DNA of 53,813 bases from assembly GCA_017451045.1 (NCBI GenBank), contig JAFSSK010000128.1:1-53813 (forward strand), written 5' to 3'. The notes beneath the pieces were generated by a model. It searched no databases, had not been told where the DNA came from, and saw only the letters and a program-made list of their open reading frames with translations. The stretch's first letter is position 1, and every line of letters begins with the position of its first letter. Shown here one piece after another: positions 1-9,577 of this stretch. A program made the position numbers and the translations under genes. The DNA comes from Clostridia bacterium. GTDB taxonomy: Bacteria; Bacillota; Clostridia; Oscillospirales; CAG-272.

Positions 1-85
1 CCTGATCCGGGCCGCGACAAGTCAGTTTTAACAAGAATTGAAACACCAGTCCTTTCATGCGTTTAATCTGGTAACTTCGTGATTG

Positions 86-114
86 TTGACATCACTCTGG
101 CTTTGTAATATAAT
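86..114 (+). promoter_or_regulatory. sigma-A promoter of proS
   Basis: TTGACA(86-91)-17 nt-TATAAT(109-114); GGAGG RBS before ATG 156. Confidence 0.85.
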
Positions 115-155
115 GTTGTATATTAAGTTATTCCGCACGGGCGGACGGAGGTAGT

Positions 156-1592
156 ATGGCAGAAGACAAGAAGATGGTAGAACAGATCACATCCATGGAC
201 ACGGATTTCGCGCAGTGGTATACGGATGTGGTGAAGAAAGCGGAACTGATGGATTACTCCAGCGTCAAGGGCTGCATGGTTTTCAGGCCTTACGGATACG
301 CGATCTGGGAGAGCATCCAGCGCGATCTGGACAGCAGATTCAAGGCGCTCGGGCATGAAAACGTATACATGCCGATGTTCATTCCGGACTCTCTGCTGCA
401 GAAGGAAAAAGACCATGTCGAGGGGTTTGCCCCGGAATGCGCGTGGGTGACTGTAGGCGGTGAGAACCAGCTGACCGAAAGACTCTGCGTCCGTCCTACG
501 TCGGAGACGCTGTTCTGCGAGCACTTCAAAAACGTGATCCATTCCTACAGGGACCTCCCGAAGCTGTACAACCAGTGGTGCTCCGTCGTCCGGTGGGAAA
601 AAACGACGAGGCCGTTTCTGAGGACGTCGGAATTCTTGTGGCAGGAAGGCCACACCATGCACGAAACGGCGGAAGAGGCCAGGGAAGAGACCAGGCGCAT
701 GCTGGAAGTGTATGAGAAATTCTACCTTGAAACGCTGGCGATCCCCGCTTATACGGGAAAGAAAACGGACAAGGAAAAGTTCGCGGGCGCCGAGGAAACA
801 TACACGATCGAGCCGATGATGCACAACGGCGTAGCGCTCCAGGGCGGAACGTCGCACTATTTCGGCGACGGGTTCGCCAAAGCGTTCGATATCGTTTTCC
901 AGGGAAGGGACAACACGCCGCAGTATCCTCATCAGACGTCCTGGGGCCTGTCCACCAGATCCATCGGCGCCATCATCATGACGCACGGGGACGACAACGG
1001 ACTGATCCTGCCGCCTGCCGTAGCGCCGATCCAGATCATCATCATCCCGGTCGCGCAGCACAAGCCGGGCGTTCTGGAAAAGGCAGCCGAGATCCGGGAC
1101 AGACTGAAAGCGTACAGGGTCAAAATCGACGACAGCGATCAGTCTACCGGCTGGAAGTTCAGCCAGTATGAGATGAAAGGCGTGCCCGTGAGACTCGAGA
1201 TCGGGCCTCGAGACATCGAAAGCGGCAACTGCGTGCTTGTCAGCCGCGTGACGAGAGACAAGAAAGTGGTCTCGCTGGACAATCTGGAAAACGAGATCGC
1301 CGACATGCTAAAGCAGGTCCACGACGAACTGGTGGCCAGGGCAGAGAAGAACCTGGCAGAAAAGACGCACACAGCCGTTACCATGGAGGAATTCATCGAA
1401 ACGGACAAGACGCAAGGCGGATTCATCAAGGCGATGTGGTGCGGCGACGAGAACTGCGAGAACAAGATCAAGGATGTTACCGGCGGCGTCAAGTCGCGCT
1501 GCATCCCGTTCGTTGAGGAGCAGCTGTCTGACGTATGCGTTTGCTGCGGCCGCAAAGCCAAACATATGGTGATCTGGGGTCGGCAGTATTGA
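156..1592 (+). CDS. proS: proline--tRNA ligase (archaeal/eukaryote-like type)
   Basis: [40 protein letters not shown]-terminal Zn-binding CIPF...CVCCG...GRQY. Confidence 0.97.
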   Translation: MAEDKKMVEQITSMDTDFAQWYTDVVKKAELMDYSSVKGCMVFRPYGYAIWESIQRDLDSRFKALGHENVYMPMFIPDSLLQKEKDHVEGFAPECAWVTVGGENQLTERLCVRPTSETLFCEHFKNVIHSYRDLPKLYNQWCSVVRWEKTTRPFLRTSEFLWQEGHTMHETAEEAREETRRMLEVYEKFYLETLAIPAYTGKKTDKEKFAGAEETYTIEPMMHNGVALQGGTSHYFGDGFAKAFDIVFQGRDNTPQYPHQTSWGLSTRSIGAIIMTHGDDNGLILPPAVAPIQIIIIPVAQHKPGVLEKAAEIRDRLKAYRVKIDDSDQSTGWKFSQYEMKGVPVRLEIGPRDIESGNCVLVSRVTRDKKVVSLDNLENEIADMLKQVHDELVARAEKNLAEKTHTAVTMEEFIETDKTQGGFIKAMWCGDENCENKIKDVTGGVKSRCIPFVEEQLSDVCVCCGRKAKHMVIWGRQY

Positions 1593-1597
1593 GACCG

Positions 1598-1631
1598 AAT
1601 GGGCACCGGCAGAAACCGGGGCCCATTTTTT
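1598..1631 (+). terminator. intrinsic terminator after proS
   Basis: AATGGGCACCGG-CAGAAA-CCGGGGCCCATT hairpin followed by a T run. Confidence 0.65.
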
Positions 1632-1641
1632 GAAAGAAGGG

Positions 1642-2781
1642 ATGCGTTTGAAAGGAAACTGGATATGGCGGCGACTGCGTAAAATCGATCCGGTCCTGCT
1701 GGGATGCACGCTGGCCCTTTCGCTGATCAGCATCATCACGATCTGGGGCGCTGTCGACAACTTCGGCTTCAGCAAGCTGCGCATGCAGATAGCCATGACG
1801 GTGGCCGGGTGCATTCTGACGGTCGTGATCGCCAATTTGGATATCTCGTTCATCATAGACAGGTTCTGGATAGGGATGGCGCTGATATCCGTCGTGTTCC
1901 TCGGCCTTACGCTGGTGTTCGGATCGAGCGGCGCCAGCATGGACACATCCAACAAAAGCTGGCTGACGATCCCTATCGTCAACATCATGATCCAGCCGTC
2001 CGAATTCGTCAAGTTCCTCTTGATCTGTTCCTTTGCCAAGCATATTTCGCTTGTACAGGACAGGATCAATTACCCTCTCCCACTTCTGGGTCTTGCCCTT
2101 CACGCAGGCGCCATCGTCGGCATGATCCTTTTGTCCGGCGACCTTGGCGTTGCGCTTCTGTTCGTTGCGTTCATCCTGTTCATGCTATACGGGGCAGGGC
2201 TCAGCCTGTGGTACGACGTGGGGCTCGCGGCGGCCGCGGTCGTGGCTTTCCCCTTCCTGTACAATTACGTTCTGAAAGACTACCAGGTCAAAAGGATCTA
2301 TTACGGATTCCATCCCGAGGAGGATCCTGTCAGGTGGGGCTGGCAGGCGCTGTACGGGCGCAAGACGATCGAACACGGCGGCTTCCTGGGCATCGGCTTT
2401 TCAACGCCTGGCTACTATGAGACGCTCCCCGCTTCGCACACGGACTTCATTTTCTGTACCATCTGCGAAAAATTCGGATTCCTGATGGGCGCTTTGACGA
2501 TCCTGGTCCTTCTGGTGCTCGTTTTGAGGATCCTGAAAATCGCAAGGCAGAAAAGCAATTACTACGGCGGCCTGATCTGCCTCGGCGTCGCTGCCGTGAT
2601 CATAGCGCAGACAGCCGAGAACATAGCCATGTGCTTCGCACTGGTGCCGGTCGTGGGGATCACGCTTCCGTTTTTGAGCTGCGGCGGGTCGTCGCTGCTG
2701 GCGACGTTCATGCTGGTCGGACTGGTGCATTCAGTCGGCGCCAGGGAAGACAGATACTATCTTGACAAGAAAACAAAATAA
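1642..2781 (+). CDS. FtsW/RodA/SpoVE-family SEDS peptidoglycan glycosyltransferase
   Basis: Multi-TM; IQPSEFVK, DLG, LPASHTDFIF, PVVGITLPFLSCGGSS; start moved to ATG 1642 after purine-rich RBS. Confidence 0.9.
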   Translation: MRLKGNWIWRRLRKIDPVLLGCTLALSLISIITIWGAVDNFGFSKLRMQIAMTVAGCILTVVIANLDISFIIDRFWIGMALISVVFLGLTLVFGSSGASMDTSNKSWLTIPIVNIMIQPSEFVKFLLICSFAKHISLVQDRINYPLPLLGLALHAGAIVGMILLSGDLGVALLFVAFILFMLYGAGLSLWYDVGLAAAAVVAFPFLYNYVLKDYQVKRIYYGFHPEEDPVRWGWQALYGRKTIEHGGFLGIGFSTPGYYETLPASHTDFIFCTICEKFGFLMGALTILVLLVLVLRILKIARQKSNYYGGLICLGVAAVIIAQTAENIAMCFALVPVVGITLPFLSCGGSSLLATFMLVGLVHSVGAREDRYYLDKKTK

Positions 2782-2820
2782 GATCCCGAGTCGGACAAAT
2801 GCCGCTCCGGATCTTTTTTT
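2780..2820. terminator. terminator between convergent SEDS gene and ttcA
   Basis: AAGATCC...GGATCTT imperfect stem, followed by T run and preceded by A-rich run. Confidence 0.6.
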
Positions 2821-2831
2821 GTATGTGGCAC

Positions 2832-3587
2832 TCAGTCGCCCGGACTGTCTTCTGGTTCGTGCGGATCGAGAGAGAATCCGTCAAGTCCCGAAGACTGCAA
2901 AGCGCTGAAGATTTTCTGCCTGATACCCTTGAACTGCCTGTCCAGTTCGTTGACGGTCTGGTGGACTGTCTCCCTTTCCGTTGCCCCGTCCGCGGGACAT
3001 TTCGATCTGATCACGGGAAGGCCTGCCTGGTTGGCGAAATAGACGATCTCCTTTTCCGGCATGTAGAGCAGGGGCCTTATGAGAAACAGGTCCGATCTGC
3101 TGAGATAGGTGACGGGTCTGAAGCAGCCTAGCCGCCCCTCGTAGAACAGATTCAGGCAGAAGGTGTCGACGACATCGTCGAAGTGGTGACCGAGAGCCAC
3201 GCGGTTGCATCCGGCCTCTCTGGCTGCGGAATGCAGGGCACCGCGGCGCATTTTTGCGCACAGGGAACAGGGGTTCTCCTCTTTACGGATGTCGAATACG
3301 ACCTGATAGATATCAGTGGGCACGACCGTGTATTCCACGCCTAGTTTGTCGCAGAACGCAGCGATGGGGCTGAAATCCGTCCCTCCCGGGAAGCCGACGT
3401 CGATCGTGATGGCTTTCAGGCCGTAGCGGACAGGATAAAAGCGGCGCATTTCGGCCAGGGCGGCCAGAAGGGTCAAGGAGTCTTTCCCCGCAGAGACGCC
3501 GACGGCGACCGTGTCGTTTTCCTTTATCATATGATAGTCGTCAAGCGCCCGCCTGACGTATGACATGACTTTCTGAAGCTGATGCAT
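2832..3587 (-). CDS. ttcA: tRNA 2-thiocytidine biosynthesis TtcA-family protein
   Basis: PP-loop SAGKDS, CSLC, LGHHFDD, IRPL; AGGAGA RBS before ATG 3587. Confidence 0.85.
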   Translation of the reverse strand: MHQLQKVMSYVRRALDDYHMIKENDTVAVGVSAGKDSLTLLAALAEMRRFYPVRYGLKAITIDVGFPGGTDFSPIAAFCDKLGVEYTVVPTDIYQVVFDIRKEENPCSLCAKMRRGALHSAAREAGCNRVALGHHFDDVVDTFCLNLFYEGRLGCFRPVTYLSRSDLFLIRPLLYMPEKEIVYFANQAGLPVIRSKCPADGATERETVHQTVNELDRQFKGIRQKIFSALQSSGLDGFSLDPHEPEDSPGD

Positions 3588-3632
3588 AGAATCTCCTGAG
3601 ACAGCGGCGGTCACCCGCCGTTATTTTTACGG

Positions 3633-4382
3633 TCAGTATAGTGTACAGGTCTCGTAGACTTTCTGGAAATCTTCCGTTGTCTGCCGCGGATCCCGTCCGG
3701 GGGCATCGCGGTAGATGACCAGCGGCTTTGTGACATGCGCACCGGATGAGCCGCCTTTGCACGATTCGACCAGCACTACGGCTGGTTCGGAAGCCGTGTC
3801 GGGAAACACGAACGTGATCCGTTTCGGCTCCAGCCGGGCTCCCCGCAGCGCGCAAAAGAGATCGGTGATCCTGTCCGGGCGCCAGACGCAGTAGAAGGAG
3901 CCGCCCGTTTTCAGCATCCGGGATCCGCATTCGCAGAAGTCCGTTATAGTCCCGAACACCTCGTGCCTGGCATAATACTTTTCATCTGCCTCGTTCCGTT
4001 TTCCCGAGGTCGTTTTCATATAAGGCGGGTTGGCGAATACGGCGTCCGCTTCTCTGCAGGCGTCAGTCGGACGCAGCGTCCTGATATCCTGCTGCCGGAC
4101 ATTCACGATACTGTCGAGGCTGTTGTCCGTACAGTTTTTCTGTGCGATTCCGGCGTAGGATTCCTGGATCTCGTATGCATCGATGGCCTTGAACTTCTGG
4201 TAGGCGGCGCACAAAAGAGAAATGACGCCTGTGCCGCATCCGAGTTCGACGGCGCGTCCTTTCGGCTTCGGCTTTATGAACGCGGCAAGCAGATATGCGT
4301 CTGTCCCGAAAGTAAGCCCTGACGGCAGCTGCCGGAGCGTCAGCGAGGCGTTGATGGACAGGGTGGTCTCTTTAGAAGGCAT
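3633..4382 (-). CDS. tRNA1(Val) A37 N6-methyltransferase-like (TrmN6/YabB family)
   Basis: FGTDAYLLA, ELGCGTG SAM motif, NPPY, ARHE. Confidence 0.85.
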   Translation of the reverse strand: MPSKETTLSINASLTLRQLPSGLTFGTDAYLLAAFIKPKPKGRAVELGCGTGVISLLCAAYQKFKAIDAYEIQESYAGIAQKNCTDNSLDSIVNVRQQDIRTLRPTDACREADAVFANPPYMKTTSGKRNEADEKYYARHEVFGTITDFCECGSRMLKTGGSFYCVWRPDRITDLFCALRGARLEPKRITFVFPDTASEPAVVLVESCKGGSSGAHVTKPLVIYRDAPGRDPRQTTEDFQKVYETCTLY

Positions 4383-4418
4383 AGAATGATACTCCGTGTT
4401 CGAATGATCGAGAATGGT

Positions 4419-4448
4419 AAAAAACGGGCGGTGTTAGACCGCCCGTTG
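4419..4448 (-). terminator. intrinsic terminator of ferredoxin gene
   Basis: AACGGGCGG/CCGCCCGTT stem with minus-strand U run. Confidence 0.75.
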
Positions 4449-4473
4449 CTGTTTTATGAGATTGCGAAATACA

Positions 4474-4647
4474 TCAGGCGTCTGCTTTCGGAGCGCCGAC
4501 AGGACATGTATCTGCACAGGTTCCGCAATCGATGCACTTCTCAGGATCGATCTCGTATTTGCCGTCGCCTTCGGTGATAGCCTGGACCGGGCACTCTTCG
4601 GCACATGCGCCGCATGCTACACAATCGTCAGAAATCTTGTATGCCAT
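4474..4647 (-). CDS. 2x[4Fe-4S] clostridial-type ferredoxin, 57 aa (not in ORF track)
   Basis: Manual translation MAYKISDDCVACGACAEECPVQAITEGDGKYEIDPEKCIDCGTCADTCPVGAPKADA, two CxxCxxCxxxCP motifs; GGGAGG RBS; TTGCAT/TG-TATAAT promoter at 4681-4708. Confidence 0.95.
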   Translation of the reverse strand: MAYKISDDCVACGACAEECPVQAITEGDGKYEIDPEKCIDCGTCADTCPVGAPKADA

Positions 4648-4716
4648 AATAACAACCTCCCATTACGCGTCGTTGAATTCATTATACCACAAAAAACCTG
4701 AAATGCAACAGTTGAT

Positions 4717-6111
4717 TCACGGATTGTTGCGCCCGGGATCATCGGACGCATCCGCGGGCGCCTGCTGCGCCTTAACGCGTTTCAGGACCTGGATCTGATC
4801 GCCCGAGAACGATTTGATGATCCTGCCGTTCCCGCGTTCCTTGTCCTTGCTCTCGGAATCCGGAAGGGAGACCTTGACCGTGTTGGACAAGGGCGCTACG
4901 GCCGTGATGTACCCGTCCCCTTCGGGGGTCCTTACGAAACTGTCCACCGCCGGAAGCTTGGACAGCAGTTCCGAATACGTTGGATATTCGAAGCTCAGGC
5001 AGCACATGAGACGTCCGCAGTTTCCGGATACCTTGCTTGAGTTTAAGGACAGGTTCTGGTCTTTCGCCATCTTGATGGTGACCTGCGCAAAGTCGGGAAG
5101 GAAGGCCGAGCAGCACAGCATCCTGCCGCAGGGTCCCAGACCGCCCAGCATCTTCGCCTCGTCCCGGATGCCGATCTGCCGGAGTTCTATGCGGGTGTGG
5201 AAGATCGAGGCCAGATCCTTGACGAGTTCGCGGAAATCCACGCGGCTCTCGGATGTGAAGTAAAAGAGCAGTTTGGAACGGTCGAAAGTGTACTGGACGT
5301 CCACAAGCTTCATGTTCAGCTTGTGGGCCGCGATCCTGTCAAGTCCGATGGTGAACGCGTTCTTCTCATCCTCATGGTTTACTGCGTCCTGCCGCAGATC
5401 TTCTTCCGTGGCAAGGCGGATGATCTCTTTCAGCGGCTGAACGACAGAAGACGCCCGGACCCACTTGTTGCTGAACGCGATCGATGCGAATTCCTGCCCG
5501 CGCGCCGTTTCGACGATGACGGACTGGCCTTTTTCGGGATGCAGGGAGCCGGGGGAGAAAAAGTATGTTTTCCCGCCGCTTGCGAAGCGGACGCCGACGA
5601 CCTCGATCCGGTCTTCTTCCGGCACCTCGGGTTCTTTTTCCGCAGGCGCTTCATCCTGGTCCGCAGGGACGATGTTGTCGTCGATATCCTGCTCGCCGGC
5701 TGCGACGAAAGTATAAGCCGCAACGGTGTCTTCCGTGATATAATCCGAGGACCCGGTCAGCGAGAACGCCTCATCGGAACCGTCTTCTGCCCTTGCTGCC
5801 AGATCGTCCTCGAGCTGAAGCTGCTGCTTTGATTTTTGTCTGTTACGTCCCGATCTTTTTCTGTTCCGCCCGTTCCTGGACTTTTGCCTGTTTTGAGGAG
5901 CGTCCTGCTTTGCAGAAGAACCGTCACGGACCGCCTCGGCCACAGATTCGCCGGAAACGTCTGTCAGCACATCCGCCTCCGCCTTTTCGCGCGGCTGGCC
6001 GGAAGGTCTGCCGCCGTTGTGGCGTTTTTTGTAATGACGGCCGTGCTTGTGGTTCTGCCGTTTTTCGGGATGGTTTCTATTCTCGTTGTCAAATGTATTG
6101 TTGTCGTCCAT
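4717..6111 (-). CDS. ricT: PSP1-domain protein RicT/YaaT with long N-terminal low-complexity extension
   Basis: VGVRF..GKTYFF, RVDFRELVKDLA, GPCGRMLCC, GNCGRLMCCL; follows holB as in Firmicutes. Confidence 0.9.
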   Translation of the reverse strand: MDDNNTFDNENRNHPEKRQNHKHGRHYKKRHNGGRPSGQPREKAEADVLTDVSGESVAEAVRDGSSAKQDAPQNRQKSRNGRNRKRSGRNRQKSKQQLQLEDDLAARAEDGSDEAFSLTGSSDYITEDTVAAYTFVAAGEQDIDDNIVPADQDEAPAEKEPEVPEEDRIEVVGVRFASGGKTYFFSPGSLHPEKGQSVIVETARGQEFASIAFSNKWVRASSVVQPLKEIIRLATEEDLRQDAVNHEDEKNAFTIGLDRIAAHKLNMKLVDVQYTFDRSKLLFYFTSESRVDFRELVKDLASIFHTRIELRQIGIRDEAKMLGGLGPCGRMLCCSAFLPDFAQVTIKMAKDQNLSLNSSKVSGNCGRLMCCLSFEYPTYSELLSKLPAVDSFVRTPEGDGYITAVAPLSNTVKVSLPDSESKDKERGNGRIIKSFSGDQIQVLKRVKAQQAPADASDDPGRNNP

Positions 6112-6126
6112 ATTGCCTCCTGGGAC

Positions 6127-7164
6127 TCAAAGATTCAAAATTGATGTCTGCACGCCGAAACGTGCGACGGTCAGGGCCGTGTTGGCGTTTTGCGCCAGCA
6201 GCTCGCGGGCTTCAAGGACCGCGCTCCACAGCTGCCGGAGCGTCTTTAGCGGGATCCGTCCGGCCAGTTCGTTTGCATCGGAACGGTCCGTAAAGAACAA
6301 AAGGGGAACGGTGTCCGATTTTTTCAGCAGGATGAGATCCCGCAGCGCATCGGAAAGGTAAACCAGCACCGCGTCGATGTCAGCCCTGTTCGTTCCGAGA
6401 TTCTTCAGCTTCGCGTAAGCCTCGGCCGCCCCCGGTCTGTCTACGCAGCAGCGGAGGAGTTCGTCTGCCGATTCGCGGTTCTGCAGGATCGCCTTTCTGG
6501 TTTTCGCGTCTGTCAGTTCCAGCGCCCGGCCGATACTGCCGCCCGCAAGCAGGATCAGCTGCTTGAGTTCCTCTTTCGGAATGCTTTTGTAGATCTGCGG
6601 GACGGCGCTTTTCAGGTACTCCCGTATGGTGTCGGTCTTTGCCGGCTGGAGCCGCAGGACCGGCGCGCGGCTGCGGATCGTTTCAAGGATCGTATCGGTC
6701 TGCTCGCACAGCAGCATGAAGATCACGTATTCCGGCGGTTCCTCGAGCGTCAGCAGAAGCGCGTTCTGCGCCTGTGGGGTCAGAAGATGCGCGTCCTCGA
6801 TGACGTAGCATTTGTACGGGGACTCGATCGGATTCATCAGAACGTCCTGCGCAAGGAAACGGACGGACTCGATGCCCAGCGTCGCGCGCGTCCCCTCCCG
6901 GCGTATGTAGCGGATGTCGGGGTTGTTTCCTGCCATGATCTTTTTGCAGGCGGCGCATCTCATGCAGGGGACTGCGCCGGGATCGGCATGCCTGTTCTCA
7001 CATGCGAGCGCCGCGAAGATCCTGAGCGCCAGCATATGCTTGCCGAAGCCTCTTCTGCCTTCCAAGATGTATGCGTGCGCCAGTCTGCCGGATTCGATCC
7101 GGGAGCCGATCCGGGAGCGGAGACCGTCATTGGCCAGGAAGTCATCGAAATATGATCTGCTCAC
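6127..7164 (-). CDS. holB: DNA polymerase III delta-prime subunit
   Basis: HAYILEG..GFGK, Zn-binding C..PCMRCAAC, AQNALLLTLEEPP, TIRSR; GTG 7164 with GGAGGTGG RBS. Confidence 0.9.
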   Translation of the reverse strand: MSRSYFDDFLANDGLRSRIGSRIESGRLAHAYILEGRRGFGKHMLALRIFAALACENRHADPGAVPCMRCAACKKIMAGNNPDIRYIRREGTRATLGIESVRFLAQDVLMNPIESPYKCYVIEDAHLLTPQAQNALLLTLEEPPEYVIFMLLCEQTDTILETIRSRAPVLRLQPAKTDTIREYLKSAVPQIYKSIPKEELKQLILLAGGSIGRALELTDAKTRKAILQNRESADELLRCCVDRPGAAEAYAKLKNLGTNRADIDAVLVYLSDALRDLILLKKSDTVPLLFFTDRSDANELAGRIPLKTLRQLWSAVLEARELLAQNANTALTVARFGVQTSILNL

Positions 7165-7194
7165 GGTTCTCCACCTCCTCGTTAATGTGTTTGT

Positions 7195-7223
7195 ATTATA
7201 ACAAAAGTTAAGATACCCGTCAA
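7195..7223 (-). promoter_or_regulatory. sigma-A promoter of holB-ricT
   Basis: TTGACG-17 nt-TATAAT with TG extension on minus strand. Confidence 0.75.
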
Positions 7224-7240
7224 GGAGAAGGGCTGCAGTC

Positions 7241-9577
7241 TTACTGCCTTTTGCGCCGGACTGCCCCGATCGCGCCCGCAAGGATGATTGCGCAGGGGAG
7301 CAGAGCGATCAGCAGGATCCCCCAGACCGTGACGGCGCTGTACGGAACAATCAGCTGCCCGACGGTCGGGACCGGTTCGATGTCATCCTCGAAAGACAGC
7401 ACGGAGTCGCCGCACATCCAGGACAGCATGGAAGAAAGATACACATAGTTCCCGTAACCGGAATACTGGCTGAACTCATCGAGGAAGGCATAGGAGGAAC
7501 CGATCCATATGACGCGGCCGCCCGACGGATCCTCGGCGATGGCGCCGACGGAAACGATGCCCTCATCGGAGTATATGACGTCATCGCCTTCCAGGTCGTC
7601 AAACGACGAGACGTAGGCGGTCGATGTCGTCAGGAACAGGGATGTCACCGTCAATCCGTCGGCGTTCTCCTTCGGAACGACGGGATGCCCCGCACAGCAC
7701 ACCATCACGCTGTCAGAAACAGGCGCTATGCTGGGATGCCTGCCGGGAAGGACGCGGATGATGAACGGATACTGGGTGCTGAGATAGTAATTCTCGTCCG
7801 TTTCCATGACGATATTGAACGTCCGTTCCGCAAGGGTCTCCATGCCCCATGATTCCATCAGGGACAGAAGCCTTGGCATCTCCGTGACGGTCTCGTAGTC
7901 CGTCATGGCTAAAAGCGCTCCGCCTTCGCGCAAATAGTTCTGCAGTGCGAACAGCTCATCTTCCGTCAGGTCGGCCGCCGGGCCGAACAGGACCACCGCG
8001 CAGCAGTCCTGGGGAACTGAGCCTTCCGTCAGCAGATCGAGTCCCCTGTAACGGATGGCCTGGTCGTCCAGAAGTCCCAGCATAAGATCAGACGGCTGTG
8101 TCTCCCCGTGCCCCAGCAGAAAACAGACGCATGGCAGGTCGTCTGCCGCGCAGTATATGACGGCGTTCGTCAGCAGGTAAGCGCCCTGGAACTTTTCCTC
8201 TACGGTATACCCGTATTCGGCCAGAGCGGAGGCGTAGGTCGCGTATTCCGTGATGGAGAACACCTGCTCGAGTTCCGGACAGTAGTACAGATACAGATTG
8301 CTGAAATCCACAAGGGAAGACCTTTTGGCGGAACTGACAAGGATGCTGCTGGCCGAGGCGCCCGCGATGCCGTTCGCGGCCAGGAAGTCCGCATCGTTAA
8401 GGTCTGCCTTCTGCACACGGATGCGGCCGGACAGAGCGGCGTACCGTTCCAGGAACGTCATCATGACGTCGTTGTCGCGCCCGTCCGGCGTGAGCAGGTA
8501 CAGGGTGACGTCGTTTTCAAGGGATCCCAGCGCAGCTTTCGCATTTTCGGGAACGGTATAGAACCCGCCGGACGAGATATCTGCCCTTGTCAGCGCCGGG
8601 GACAGATGCAAGAAGACCATGCCCGCTGAAAGCAGGATGGCGGCCGAAAGGACTGCCGCCGAAGAGAAGCGGGAAAGCGCGGGGGATCTGCCCGTGTGCC
8701 GGCGGAACGCGGGATACCCGTAGCGCCGCCTGTAGGACACGGCGGCTGCCAGCAAAAGGAACACGGGAACGGATACAACGTTCAGTACGAGGTTTCCCCA
8801 GTCGAAAAGACCGTAGACGAGAAGCTTGAACTGGGCAAAGACCGCGCACTTGTTCAAGAGGGCCGGAAGCAGACCGGTAAAGAGCTGCGGCCGCAGGCAG
8901 AAGAGCAGCACGGCAGCTGCCAGCAAAACGCCGCCCGTGACGGCGCTCAGCCGTATGCTTGCGGAAAGCAGGTAGACAAGCAAGCCTGCAAGGCAGATCA
9001 GAAACAGGATAAGGACAAAAGAGAAAACGGGAGCGGAAGGCAGCTCGGAAGCAAGACGGTCCGCGAAGAACAGCAGTGCCACAGCTCCGGCGTTCAGAAC
9101 CGCTGCCAGGACGTAGGATGACATCAGGCTGGACAGAAAGCAGCTGATCGCGAGCAGCGCGCAGGAGAGGATCAGGAACTGCAGGACCGAAAGGTATGCT
9201 GCCCCGAAACTGACTGTGCCGTAAAACGAAAGGATGATCGGGAAGAGCGATACAAGAAGAGCGGCAGGCGCCAGGAACGGGAGAAGGCCGAGAAATTTCC
9301 CGATTATGATCTTATGGAGAGGTATAGGAAGTGAATACAGCAGATCCCGCGCCGGCAATCTGTTGTCCGCCGTGAACGAGCGGATGGTAAGGAGCGGGAA
9401 CAGGACGGCCAGGACAAGCAGCAGATAGTGATGCGTATAACTGGGTTCCGGAGATTGCAGCAGCAGCTGGAAAATACAGAACAGAAGCCCTGCGGACAGA
9501 AGAGATACCGCTATGAGCAGCGGCCCGAAAACGCCGTGGAGAAGGGATGACAGTTTGCGTTTGAAAACAGCTTTCAT
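7241..9577 (-). CDS. fused ABC-2 permease (GldF-like) and GldG-like auxiliary component
   Basis: N-terminal multi-TM with LLYSLPI..IIIGKFL; C-terminal DIS..FYT, GHGE, GPAADL..E, YLREGG, terminal TM. Confidence 0.75.
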   Translation of the reverse strand: MKAVFKRKLSSLLHGVFGPLLIAVSLLSAGLLFCIFQLLLQSPEPSYTHHYLLLVLAVLFPLLTIRSFTADNRLPARDLLYSLPIPLHKIIIGKFLGLLPFLAPAALLVSLFPIILSFYGTVSFGAAYLSVLQFLILSCALLAISCFLSSLMSSYVLAAVLNAGAVALLFFADRLASELPSAPVFSFVLILFLICLAGLLVYLLSASIRLSAVTGGVLLAAAVLLFCLRPQLFTGLLPALLNKCAVFAQFKLLVYGLFDWGNLVLNVVSVPVFLLLAAAVSYRRRYGYPAFRRHTGRSPALSRFSSAAVLSAAILLSAGMVFLHLSPALTRADISSGGFYTVPENAKAALGSLENDVTLYLLTPDGRDNDVMMTFLERYAALSGRIRVQKADLNDADFLAANGIAGASASSILVSSAKRSSLVDFSNLYLYYCPELEQVFSITEYATYASALAEYGYTVEEKFQGAYLLTNAVIYCAADDLPCVCFLLGHGETQPSDLMLGLLDDQAIRYRGLDLLTEGSVPQDCCAVVLFGPAADLTEDELFALQNYLREGGALLAMTDYETVTEMPRLLSLMESWGMETLAERTFNIVMETDENYYLSTQYPFIIRVLPGRHPSIAPVSDSVMVCCAGHPVVPKENADGLTVTSLFLTTSTAYVSSFDDLEGDDVIYSDEGIVSVGAIAEDPSGGRVIWIGSSYAFLDEFSQYSGYGNYVYLSSMLSWMCGDSVLSFEDDIEPVPTVGQLIVPYSAVTVWGILLIALLPCAIILAGAIGAVRRKRQ

